Shown in pieces: positions 1-9,601 of a DNA stretch of 64,000 nt. This stretch comes from Spirochaetia bacterium (lineage in GTDB: Bacteria > Spirochaetota > Spirochaetia > SP-2023). Made by a program: the position numbers and the translations under genes. Position 1 is the first letter of the stretch, and each line of letters opens with the position of its first letter. The notes under the pieces are model-generated. The model was given only the letters and a program-made list of their open reading frames with translations, did not search any database and was not told the origin of the DNA. Where the stretch lies: positions 1,824,001-1,888,000 of the forward strand of contig CBDDCK010000005.1 of NCBI GenBank assembly GCA_965225855.1, in the 5' to 3' direction.

Positions 1-1845
1 GTCCAACTCTACCGCCGCCCGCCCAACTAATACAGCCAGACGATCTTCTTTATAGTGATTTTGTTCTTTGAGCTGATCTTGTTGGTAATACTCCCACACT
101 TCTGCATATCGTTGCATATTTAACAACACTTCTAAATATTCTTCGGTATAAGCTTTATCCAAGTTGGAAATCTTCAAAGCAAAAACGGCCTGATAGTAAT
201 GTCTAACCTGTTCCAAATTTTCATTTTTCCAGTGGTGATATGCTAAATTCCTGTATGCTAGTGGGTTTTCTTTCCTCTCTAAAGATTTTTGCCATTCAGC
301 CAGAGCTTTTTCATGCATAAAGTTTTCGTAATAAAAAACGCCAAGGTGCAGGCGACTATACCAGTGGTCTCCTTGTTCTATATTGAAACTAGCTTCCAAA
401 ACGGGTAACCACGAGGAACTACTCATCCAAGACGGAACTGGCATGGCAATATCGTCTGGCTCGGCTAAAAAGCCTTTTTCCAGCAAATGTAGCCAATCAC
501 TCTGTGCTGCATTGAGTGATGATTCAGGGAATATCATACTGGTAGGGGCAGCCCAGCCTTGCTTTTTAACTTCCAGAGCAGCCCAACCTTCTCCAGAATG
601 AATTATGGCGTCAGGGCGCAGTTCCCCTTGGATTTTATATTGTTGGTATAACGCTTGAATCTCATCGGTGGAAATTATTTGCTCTATCTTCCCTTTGATA
701 TTTCGAGAACTTTCCGACCAATTTTCTTGGTAGAAATCCTCCAGGTTATCTAGGTTGCCGGCACCAAAAACTTGGACAAAATCCCAACTTGTTTGGGGAG
801 GTATCTCTAGCCCATGTAATTGGGTAGGTGCTAATCCAGATTGAATTTCAATGTAGTTGCCCGCAGATGAATTAGAAAGAAAATCTTTCCAGCGTTGACC
901 GCCGCGGTGTGTGCCCCAGCAAAACATTTTCCGATAACGCAGCATGCTACTAGAACGCTCAAAAAAGAATCGCCCATTATCGTATATGGCCGCTTCCCAT
1001 GGAGATTCTGGTTTAGAATCATTTTGGAAAAAGTATTCACAGGAATGTTGGAATTGACTGGGAAAAGAGGCATCTCCGCCCGAAAGAATAGGTAAATTAG
1101 GCAATTCTGCCTGGCCAAAACCACGAGATAATTGCGGTTCCATGTAAAGGACGCGAGCATCTTCTGAAAATATCCGGGTGCTTTGCTCTTCGGTTATGGC
1201 AATATTTGTCCACCAATACATTGATTCCGGGCAATCTTTGGGGTTCGTTATTTTTACATATAGGTGCAAGGTTTCCGAGTTTTTGGGTAAATGGAAGTCC
1301 ATGGCCCAGAATAATTCCTTACAACGTTCAAAGTGATAGAAGCGTAAGAACTCTTCCCTTGTAGTGCCTACTTGATCAAAGAGTTTTGCCGCAAAGAGTG
1401 GGGAGCATGTGCTAAAAGAATGGCCGTATTGAGAAACGTTCCACTCAATCCCGCCAGAAAACCAGGCATTGCGGATAGCAAGATTAGCCAATTGAAAAAC
1501 CGGATTACAAAATAATAATTCGCGCTCTTGAGTTTTATGGTATAAAGAATACAGCCGCGCCCCATAATCGGGGAGAAATGTAGCCCTTAAAATATTATTT
1601 TCCAGAATTATAGTTTTTAGCTGTATAGAATGACGCTTGCGTGAATAACGGTCTTGCATTCGATAGGGAAGTACCCTAAAACCGGCATTTTGACCGATGG
1701 CGTGAGTGTCTTGAGGTTTTAATTGGTGCAGCCCTGAGATGCTTTCTACTGCTAAGTTAGGGTTTGCAGAGCGAAAGATAGGCAGGAGATTCTCATCTTC
1801 TAAAGCTGCACCCGAAATATCTAAAGACGAAGTATAAATGATCAT
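1..1845 (-). CDS. DUF5107-family protein with C-terminal TPR-like region (3' end runs off the window)
   Basis: Hand translation from ATG 1845 is open to base 1: MIIYTSSLDISGAALEDENLLPIFR...LPYRMQDRY...ILENNILRATFLPDYGARLYSL...NPVFQLANLAIRNAWFSGGIEWN...YWWTNIA, motifs typical of DUF5107. Absent from the ORF track because there is no stop codon in the window. Confidence 0.8.
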   Translation of the reverse strand, partial: MIIYTSSLDISGAALEDENLLPIFRSANPNLAVESISGLHQLKPQDTHAIGQNAGFRVLPYRMQDRYSRKRHSIQLKTIILENNILRATFLPDYGARLYSLYHKTQERELLFCNPVFQLANLAIRNAWFSGGIEWNVSQYGHSFSTCSPLFAAKLFDQVGTTREEFLRFYHFERCKELFWAMDFHLPKNSETLHLYVKITNPKDCPESMYWWTNIAITEEQSTRIFSEDARVLYMEPQLSRGFGQAELPNLPILSGGDASFPSQFQHSCEYFFQNDSKPESPWEAAIYDNGRFFFERSSSMLRYRKMFCWGTHRGGQRWKDFLSNSSAGNYIEIQSGLAPTQLHGLEIPPQTSWDFVQVFGAGNLDNLEDFYQENWSESSRNIKGKIEQIISTDEIQALYQQYKIQGELRPDAIIHSGEGWAALEVKKQGWAAPTSMIFPESSLNAAQSDWLHLLEKGFLAEPDDIAMPVPSWMSSSSWLPVLEASFNIEQGDHWYSRLHLGVFYYENFMHEKALAEWQKSLERKENPLAYRNLAYHHWKNENLEQVRHYYQAVFALKISNLDKAYTEEYLEVLLNMQRYAEVWEYYQQDQLKEQNHYKEDRLAVLVGRAAVELD

Positions 1846-1858
1846 GAACTTATCGTAG

Positions 1859-2030
1859 CATGCCCTTTGGAAAATGTTAAGTATTTTTGCGCTTGAATTT
1901 TGCTGAAATTTTTTTAGCTCAAGTTTAGGAAAATAGCTATTTTTAGGCTTTCGCTTCTCTATAGCCGCCGCTAAAGTAATGTGAAATAATTTGGTTTTGC
2001 GAATCTGGGCGCAAGTTATGGACCTGCCAT
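1859..2030. repeat. Direct repeat copy 1 (~170 bp): duplicated 3' end and downstream region of the histidine phosphatase gene
   Basis: Aligns with 7211-7366; minus strand reads WQVHNLRPDSQNQIISHYFSGGYREAKA*. Confidence 0.9.
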
Positions 2031-2076
2031 TACAACTTAAAAATCTCTTGATGAAAGGTAAAAAGAGGTTTAAAGA

Positions 2077-5000
2077 TTAATTATCGTTATCCTTAATAAA
2101 ATTGACTAAGTTTTGCGTCTCTTTTTTGGGATTTCGCCACCAATTTGTACTCCATATCCGATGAAAGATAAACCCATTATCTTCAAGAATTTTTTGCCTG
2201 TATCTATCGTATAAATAGGCTTCTTGGCTTGAGTGATATTTTGCACCATCACACTCTATCGCAATTTTTGGCATTTTCTTCGTATCATACACCAAATCAA
2301 TTCTAAAGCCCCCAAATTCATACTGTGGTATGATCTTATTTTCATCAAAGTGTTCTATTAACGCCTCATACACTTCCTCTTCAAAAGGGGATTCTAAATC
2401 ACCATGTGGCTTATCAGATATGTTCTTTGATGAATTTTCAGCTAATGTTGTTAAAATTAAACCTCTGGCATTGTTATCTTCTTCGCTTATTGCTTTAGCA
2501 TAAGCTAAATAAGCATAAAACACACCTTTTCCATTATTAGATACCTCGGTGATAAGATGATCTTTATATTCTAAAAATCTTTTCTGTGGAACAGATGAGC
2601 AAACATACATTTTTCGTTTTGCTCTGGTAATAATGACATTAAGTAATCTATACCCTTTTTGCTGATTAAGAGAACCAAAGCTTTGTCGAAATTTGCCCTC
2701 TGGGTTAATACCGTATGTGGTAGAAAGCATTATTATATCTCTTTCATCGCCTTGAATATTTTCTAAATTTTTTACAAAAAATCCATTCTCTTCAAACTCT
2801 GTCATTTTTTCATTAAATAATTTATCAGCCACTTTTCTGTCCATTATCTTTTCTAAAATCAGATCGCGCTGCTTGATATTTAAAGTAGCGACACCGATTG
2901 TGGGATATTTACCATCTTCAAAACGTTCTATATTATCGATAATAGAGATGATTTCTTGGGCTTCATCTTCATTCTGGTTATCAACATAAGTGCCATTGAC
3001 ATCAATATATTCGATAGGTATATCATCTGATTTCTTAGGTAGAGGTTTTAACCTTTGATTATAAAAAGCATAATTTGAAAAATCAATCAGATATGGATGC
3101 TCTGAACGATAGTGAAAATCTAAATAATTCTTTTTAAAATGAGTCATAGAGGCAAAATCAAGAAGAGATTCACAATCCAACAAGGAATCACTAATATCAC
3201 TTTTAATTTTTTCTTCGTCATCATCAAAATAATCTTCGTCAGTTGTACCATCAAAAATTTTACTAAAGTAATTTGATGGTGGCATTTGATGTTCATCTCC
3301 TGCAATGATAACTTGTTTGCCTTTTAATAAAGCAGGTAGATTATCTTCGAGTCTCAATTGACTTGCTTCATCAAACATTACAATATCAAAATATGAATTG
3401 TTTGCTTTAAATAGATTACTCGCAATGTCTGGTGTAGTTAAAACAATGGGAAAAAATGAAGTCAATAAATCGATGTCAAATTTTACAATTTTTCGCAAGG
3501 ATAATCTTTTATTCTTTTTACTGGAGCGTTTATTGTAGAGATTTTCAATAGAAATATCCTTATTAGATTGAAAATTCTTTATGCTATTTATTTGGTTTGA
3601 ACGCCAATATTTATGAATGTATGCTATTTGTTGTTTCTCAATCTGTGATAAAGAATGAGTCAATTCAAGATGTGCTTTATCATCTGTTGGCAGCAAGTTT
3701 ATATTTGAAGATTTAATAAGTAATTTATTTAAATAAGAGACTGAAAATATTTTATCCCAATCTTCTTTGTCCAACAACTGATCAATTATGCCCCTCTGTG
3801 AATCTTTTAAATTATTGTAAAATTTGTACCAGTTAAATTCTTTAAAAAATAGCTCATCATCGCTGTTGAAAAAATCTTTTTGTAATTGAAACATCTTTGT
3901 TAAATCATCTCTTAAAATCTTTTCTTCTTTGATCTCTATTGCTATTTTCGTCCAATTATTTCGGTTTATCTTATCAACCAAATCTCTGTAAGCCTGATTG
4001 ATAATTTTAAACTTTGGTGTTTTATAGTTCTCATCAATGGGCTTTAACACATCTAAATCTCTTATTTCATCTTGTATGATTTGATCAAAAGTATCATTAG
4101 CATTATTTAAATCATTGAGATATTTATTTAATGTAAAATCTATATTTTCAAATGAATTAGGAAAATCGATTGGTTTTAAATCACTATTATTATTAATCAG
4201 ATTAAATATGTGATTGCGTTTATCTATCAATTCAGATTGTAGTTTTTGTAATTTATCATCAAATTCTAAAAGTAGCTTTTTAATTTCGCTATCTTTTGTC
4301 GTAAAGTGCTTTAATTGATTAAAACAAGATTGTTGTTTGATTTCGTCAATAAAAAAAGCGTCAATATGCAATCCCAACCATTCATTGTTGATTTGATCAT
4401 CTATTTGGTTTTTAATTATTTCTATATTTTCAATATACAAATAAAATAGTTTCTTATGCTCTTTAATCGTTTGACCAAACTCACATTTAGGCAAATCATC
4501 GCATTGATGTAAATAGGTTTCCATCTCTTGTATGGTATTAGAAACAATCTCTCTGGATTTTTTGAGTTTGGATAGCTCTTTTGAAAATAATGACTTAATC
4601 TTAAAGCCTAAAGAATTAACTTTTTGATCGTTAAGAAATAGGCTATTTGATGAATATTTTTCAAAAATTGAGCGAATGGTATCCATTTTATTGGTAACTT
4701 CATCGAGTTCTGTTTTAAATTTTATTTTTCGACATTTGATAAATTCATCTTTTTGTTTTTTTATTATTTCAGAGGCATTATTATATATCTCTTTAAACTC
4801 ACTTGATAAATGGCAATATATCTTAATACAATCAGCTATTTCATTTTTTCTTATATCAATGTATTCTCTATGATAATCCTCTATCTCATTTTGAATTTCT
4901 GAATATCTTTTTTCATAAAACGAGTAATCATCTTCAATCTGTTGCTTGATGGCATCGGGGTTATCTCCTATCAATTTAAGCCTGTTTAGAAATGAATGAT

Positions 5001-6513
5001 TTTTAAAATTTTTATAACGGCTATAAAGATTTTCTCCTTGCTTAGTCAAATCAACCAAATTGTGATACTCTGACGACTCATAAGAAAAATCTTCTTTTGG
5101 CAAATCAATCTTGTAGTTTGCCTTATCATTATTTTTTAAATGTTTGAGATACTTGCCAACAACATCTGTCCAATTATCATTACCTATCAATTTTTCATCT
5201 AATTTTTGATGTTTTTTATTAATTTCTTCAATGAGAGATTTGGTGTTTTTTACAATAATATTTAAAGTTTTATGATCATTTTCACTGTAATCAAAACCGT
5301 TTTTAGTTAATGCTTTTGTATTTAGAGAATCTGAGCTTGCTCTCACCGAATCAACCACTAATTTTCTATCTTTTTTAACATCTTTTATCAAAACCGACAA
5401 ATACCCAAGCCCTCTCTTATCCAAAGCATTCGACAAAACTTCTAAGGCTGTTCGTTTTTCACACACCACAATGACTTTTTTTCGATTCTCTAAAGCATTG
5501 ACTAAAATGGCGGTTAGGGATTGGCTTTTGCCTGTTCCGGGAGGCCCTTGTATGAGTGTATTTTTTTGCTTGTTCAAAGCATTTAAAATGCTCTGTTGTG
5601 AAGGGTCGGTTTTAACTGAAGAGATAGATTGGAAGGAATGATTTTTCATATCCTCAAAGCTGATCTCTACACTTTCTGCATTGGCAATAAGAGCATCATA
5701 ATCGGCTATTATATTTTGCTTTTGTACTTCAAAAATAGAGAATAGGCCACAAAAGTCTATAAAAGAATTATTATTCGATGCTAAAAGTTGTTGTTCGTAA
5801 GATTTTTTATCAGATATAGACTTTATATCATTAATACCTCTCTCAAAGGTTTCATCAAAATTTAGAGAAGTATTGATATTTATAGCTTTTATAATACGCT
5901 TACAAATATCCAAAAGCTCCTCTTTGTCAATGAGACCATCGTTTAATTCTTCAGAAATTTGCTCAATTTCAATTTTTGAATCATTTTTTAAATGATTTAT
6001 TAATACTTCATTGATATAAATGGCGTCATCTTCATCTCTTTTGATTTCCCAAACAGAGGCTACTTTTGCTCTCTTGATTTTTAACGACCAGATTAAAATA
6101 GGGGCAACGGTCAATTTATTATCTGATTCATCTTTACGGACTAAAAGAGGAAAACCAAATCCAAAGGTATTTATCCCTTTTTCTGATTCTATGGCATCTG
6201 TTTCGTTGATTAAATTATCAAAAGATTTTTTTATTTTCATAAGTTGCACTTGCTCATCTTCAGAAAATATTTCTAAATGAGAACCGCTCTCTTTGGGAGT
6301 AATTTTAAAATTTAAAGGTAGTTTCGTAAGCAAGACATTAACAAAATCCTTAGGGATATTCTGGTTATAAATAGAAAGTCGATGTAAATCAAACTTATAT
6401 TTTGAACGAGCTGGAATGGCATTTAAATGAACACCTCTTTTATTGCCTACTTTAAGTCGATTTTGTAATTCTTCTAATTGTCTTTGAGATATTTCCATTG
6501 GTTTCCTATCCAT
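2077..6513 (-). CDS. DUF4011-like / SF1 (DNA2/UPF1-type) helicase with coiled-coil insert and C-terminal Vsr/DUF559-like nuclease; putative anti-phage protein
   Basis: Motifs QGPPGTGKSQ, FDEASQ, GDEHQMPP, HYRS, VKNLENIQGDERD, LNVIITRAK; C-terminal ESPFEEEV...FRIDLV...AIECDGAKYH...RIWSTNWW. Visibly more AT-rich than neighbours. Confidence 0.85.
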   Translation of the reverse strand: MDRKPMEISQRQLEELQNRLKVGNKRGVHLNAIPARSKYKFDLHRLSIYNQNIPKDFVNVLLTKLPLNFKITPKESGSHLEIFSEDEQVQLMKIKKSFDNLINETDAIESEKGINTFGFGFPLLVRKDESDNKLTVAPILIWSLKIKRAKVASVWEIKRDEDDAIYINEVLINHLKNDSKIEIEQISEELNDGLIDKEELLDICKRIIKAININTSLNFDETFERGINDIKSISDKKSYEQQLLASNNNSFIDFCGLFSIFEVQKQNIIADYDALIANAESVEISFEDMKNHSFQSISSVKTDPSQQSILNALNKQKNTLIQGPPGTGKSQSLTAILVNALENRKKVIVVCEKRTALEVLSNALDKRGLGYLSVLIKDVKKDRKLVVDSVRASSDSLNTKALTKNGFDYSENDHKTLNIIVKNTKSLIEEINKKHQKLDEKLIGNDNWTDVVGKYLKHLKNNDKANYKIDLPKEDFSYESSEYHNLVDLTKQGENLYSRYKNFKNHSFLNRLKLIGDNPDAIKQQIEDDYSFYEKRYSEIQNEIEDYHREYIDIRKNEIADCIKIYCHLSSEFKEIYNNASEIIKKQKDEFIKCRKIKFKTELDEVTNKMDTIRSIFEKYSSNSLFLNDQKVNSLGFKIKSLFSKELSKLKKSREIVSNTIQEMETYLHQCDDLPKCEFGQTIKEHKKLFYLYIENIEIIKNQIDDQINNEWLGLHIDAFFIDEIKQQSCFNQLKHFTTKDSEIKKLLLEFDDKLQKLQSELIDKRNHIFNLINNNSDLKPIDFPNSFENIDFTLNKYLNDLNNANDTFDQIIQDEIRDLDVLKPIDENYKTPKFKIINQAYRDLVDKINRNNWTKIAIEIKEEKILRDDLTKMFQLQKDFFNSDDELFFKEFNWYKFYNNLKDSQRGIIDQLLDKEDWDKIFSVSYLNKLLIKSSNINLLPTDDKAHLELTHSLSQIEKQQIAYIHKYWRSNQINSIKNFQSNKDISIENLYNKRSSKKNKRLSLRKIVKFDIDLLTSFFPIVLTTPDIASNLFKANNSYFDIVMFDEASQLRLEDNLPALLKGKQVIIAGDEHQMPPSNYFSKIFDGTTDEDYFDDDEEKIKSDISDSLLDCESLLDFASMTHFKKNYLDFHYRSEHPYLIDFSNYAFYNQRLKPLPKKSDDIPIEYIDVNGTYVDNQNEDEAQEIISIIDNIERFEDGKYPTIGVATLNIKQRDLILEKIMDRKVADKLFNEKMTEFEENGFFVKNLENIQGDERDIIMLSTTYGINPEGKFRQSFGSLNQQKGYRLLNVIITRAKRKMYVCSSVPQKRFLEYKDHLITEVSNNGKGVFYAYLAYAKAISEEDNNARGLILTTLAENSSKNISDKPHGDLESPFEEEVYEALIEHFDENKIIPQYEFGGFRIDLVYDTKKMPKIAIECDGAKYHSSQEAYLYDRYRQKILEDNGFIFHRIWSTNWWRNPKKETQNLVNFIKDNDN

Positions 6514-6789
6514 CTCTTGTGAAATGTGTTTTTTACAACTCCTTAACGCACCATATCCGATAGAAATTCCACAAAATCATCGTCATAGTTGGGCGATTGA
6601 CAAACGATGTAGATGAAAGGTTTTATCGCTTAGTTTTACAATTTTTCGTGTATTGACTAAGTCTAGCAGTATATCAATAAATTATATCCTCTGTATATAC
6701 TTTCTTTTCCCAAATTCTAAAGCTGCCGTTTCCACATTAGATTTTCTTCATTTTTAAGTTATTTTGTTATTATCTCAATAGCTTGCTTG

Positions 6790-6914
6790 CTCGTTTCAAA
6801 TCCTAAGTTGCAAATTTAAAATGCTAGTAAGGTTTTTGCCCAAAACTTTACTAGCATTTTTGAAAACCTTACTAGCTTTTTTAAGGTTGTAGTAAGGGAA
6901 TTTGCCTATTGCCC
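6790..6914 (-). repeat. Dispersed palindromic element family B, copy 1
   Basis: Reverse complement matches 53312-53430 and 51904-51995; three GCTAGTAAGGTTTT-like motifs (two direct, one inverted). Confidence 0.85.
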
Positions 6915-6991
6915 AAAATTGTTGCCGAAGCTGTTGCGTTACAATTATATTTTAATACTTAAACCATATTACTACCGACCCATAACACATA

Positions 6992-7129
6992 ATGCCGAAA
7001 AACAAAAATTCTTTTACTTGTTCTGTTTGTGGACAAAAATGCCAATGGCAGCAACAAGGCCATTATGACGGCTACAGCAAAGAAGACTACGAATTGCTAT
7101 TGAATGAGCTGGCGCAGATTAAAGGGTAA
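6992..7129 (+). CDS. Possible 45-aa small protein with CxxC motif
   Basis: MPKNKNSFTCSVCGQKCQWQQQGHYDGYSKEDYELLLNELAQIKG*; no clear RBS. Confidence 0.3.
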   Translation: MPKNKNSFTCSVCGQKCQWQQQGHYDGYSKEDYELLLNELAQIKG

Positions 7130-7210
7130 ATTCTTACTAAGCAGTTATCTTTCCGAACCTTTGCGCAAAGTAGTTTCTGCTAATTGTAAATGCGCATGGA
7201 GCTTATATAA

Positions 7211-7366
7211 CATACCTTTGGACAATGTCAAATATTTTTTGCTTTAATTTTTTGGTAGCTCAAGTTAGGAAAATAGCTATTTTAGGCTTTTGCTTCTCTA
7301 CAGCCGTTAAAGTAATGGGAAATAATTGGGTTTTGCGAATCTGGTTGCAAGTTATGGACCTGCCAT
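7211..7366. repeat. Direct repeat copy 2 (3' end of the phosphatase pseudogene and downstream region)
   Basis: Aligns with 1859-2030; minus strand reads WQVHNLQPDSQNPIISHYFNGCREAKA*. Confidence 0.9.
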
Positions 7367-7914
7367 ATTTCGCCATTGTGGGGTATGGCTTCTAAATACG
7401 ATGGGAACATATTGCGGAGATAGCCATAAATAAGGCGCATACACACGGCATGGCTCACAATAAGCGTGTTTTACTGTTCTTGCTTTTGGAATTTATCAAA
7501 AAATTTGCTCACACGCACGGCGATTTCTATTTCTTTATACGATTCTCCATCACCTTGGGGTTGCCAATTCCAACGCAGATTGCGGTCGTGAACATAGCCG
7601 GTTGCATTTTGCAACTCCATTATAACTCAAACCGGTATAAATACCCATATCCTGTTCTATAAGCAATGGTTCTTCTTCTATTTGCTCGAGACCAAATACT
7701 TGAGAAAATTGAGTTGCCGTTTGTTTGGCACGTAGCAAAGGGGAACTAATCAAATGTTCTATTGGATAATCTGCGCCAAGTTTTTGCTGGAATTCTAAGG
7801 CAATTTGCCGAGCATCTTTTGCACCCTGTTTGGTTAAAGGGTAATCCTTTCTCCCACCAAGAAGGTTTTCTAAATTGGCTTGGCTTTGGCAGTGTCTAAA
7901 ATAAATAAACTCAT
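7282..7914 (-). pseudogene. Histidine phosphatase (phosphoglycerate mutase family) pseudogene
   Basis: Motifs FRHCQSQAN, SSPLLRAKQTA, LIEQDMG, GES, LIVSHA, PHNG are spread over different frames. There is a frameshift just after ATG 7914, a second near 7615, and an in-frame TAA near 7472. Confidence 0.8.
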
Positions 7915-8006
7915 CGTTCGTCTCTCTTACAAATTTCTATGTTTGTGCTCTGGCTACACGAAACAAGATACAAGTTTGCTTAAAAAAATCAAGACTGTTT
8001 GGCTGG

Positions 8007-9179
8007 TCAATATATCTTGCGCATCAATTCAGCCATAAAATCTTGTGTGGTGGCACCGTTTGCAAAACCGGTTATGGGGAAGCGCACGCTTGCCGTTTGT
8101 ACTGCGGTGTTTAAAGCAATGGCTTTTTCGCTATAGCCAATATGGTTTAGCATTAAACTGACGGCTTGTAGCATCGAACGAGGGTCAACATAAGAGAGAC
8201 GGCCTTCTTTGATGAGGCGTGGAGCAGAACCATGTATGGGTTCAAACATCGCATGATTGCTGCCAATGTTGGCACTTCCGGCTGTTCCTAAGCCACCCTG
8301 TATTTCGGCGGCTTCATCGGTGATAATATCTCCGTATAGGTTGGGTAGAATAAAGACTTGGAATTTTTTGCGTAGTTCTTCATTGATCAAATTTGCGGCC
8401 ATAATGTCGATATACCATTCATCAATTTCGAGTTCTGGGTATTCGCTAGCAGCTATTTCTTGACAAATTTGCAAAAAGCTACCATCACCACTTTTAATAA
8501 TATTGGCTTTGGTTACGATGCTGACATGTTTTTTGCCGTTGTTGCGTGCGTATTGCATTGCGCTACGGGCAATGCGTTCTATCCCCGGGCGGCTGGTTAC
8601 GGCAAAATCAAAAGCCAGTTCACCCCCTTGTTCTTGCCCTTCTAGTAATATTCCTTTAGAGCCTAAGACGTAAGCCCCTTCAGTATTTTCACGGAAGAAG
8701 CACCAATCAATACCCTTTTCGGCTAAAGTTACAGGGCGGACGTTGGCAAATAAGTCCAACTCACGGCGCAAAGTAACGTTGGCACTTTCCAAATTGGCAA
8801 TCCCTTGGCCTGTTTGAGGTGTAGTTGTGGGCCCTTTCAATAATACATGGCAGGATTGAATTTGTTCCAAAATTGCTGGAGGTACCGAACAATTTAGTTT
8901 TAGGCGGTTTTCTAAAGTCAAGCCTTGTATTTCAACTAATTCTATTTTGCGTTGGGCGATTTCTGTTTTTAGCAGAATTTCTAAAGTCTGTTGGGCATAT
9001 TGGGTTATGATGGGGCCAATTCCATCTCCTCCCGCTAGGGCAATGCGAATACAGGGCAATTTGTCAAAATCCTGCGGTGCATGGCCCTGCTTTATACGGC
9101 TTGCACGCATTTGTTGTTCTTGCAGTAAGTTGCGGAATTTTTCCACAGCTTGTTCTATATTTAAAAGTTGTCCCGTCAT
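8007..9179 (-). CDS. Isocitrate/isopropylmalate dehydrogenase family protein
   Basis: GDGIGP, LKGPTTTP, RENTEGAY, PNLYGDIITDEAA, FEPIHGSAP. Confidence 0.9.
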   Translation of the reverse strand: MTGQLLNIEQAVEKFRNLLQEQQMRASRIKQGHAPQDFDKLPCIRIALAGGDGIGPIITQYAQQTLEILLKTEIAQRKIELVEIQGLTLENRLKLNCSVPPAILEQIQSCHVLLKGPTTTPQTGQGIANLESANVTLRRELDLFANVRPVTLAEKGIDWCFFRENTEGAYVLGSKGILLEGQEQGGELAFDFAVTSRPGIERIARSAMQYARNNGKKHVSIVTKANIIKSGDGSFLQICQEIAASEYPELEIDEWYIDIMAANLINEELRKKFQVFILPNLYGDIITDEAAEIQGGLGTAGSANIGSNHAMFEPIHGSAPRLIKEGRLSYVDPRSMLQAVSLMLNHIGYSEKAIALNTAVQTASVRFPITGFANGATTQDFMAELMRKIY

Positions 9180-9196
9180 AGAGGCATTACTCCTGA

Positions 9197-9367
9197 TTAG
9201 ATATGTATTCCAGTTTGTAGTTCTTTAACGTTTGTTTTGCCAAATTTACGATTTTCTTTACTAGCATGATTTTTATTCGGATGGTGGTGATAGTTCTTAA
9301 CGATGTTGTCAATACGTTCAATCCTTTGGTGTATTTTCTTCAACAAAGAATCTTCATTATTTCCCAT
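9197..9367 (-). CDS. Possible 56-aa hypothetical protein
   Basis: MGNNEDSLLKKIHQRIERIDNIVKNYHHHPNK...GIHI*; ends 17 bp before the dehydrogenase start on the same strand. Confidence 0.3.
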   Translation of the reverse strand: MGNNEDSLLKKIHQRIERIDNIVKNYHHHPNKNHASKENRKFGKTNVKELQTGIHI

Positions 9368-9601
9368 CTTTTGTTGCTCACATGGTAAGATATTTTTAAG
9401 AACTTATAAATTTGTTATAAAAAATAGTCAAGTCTGTTGTTGATTAGCTTGTAGCTTTGTTTTAGCTATACTCTCTTGCTCTAATATCTTTAATTAATTA
9501 CATTATTCAGAATTGAAAATTGCCTTCTGTATATTTGTTCTGCTTATATATATACTGTCGAGCAGTTTGAAGTTATGGAATATAATTGGGGAGAATGAAG
9601 A

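Noticed and set aside
383..1565. Short ORF-track calls (383, 831, 895, 1368)
   Set aside because: They are shadows of the long minus-strand DUF5107 frame.
6540..6760. Possible relic of a gene upstream of the helicase (…IKPFIYIVCQSPNYDDDFVEFLSDMVR*)
   Set aside because: Short, no start codon, and family not recognised with confidence.
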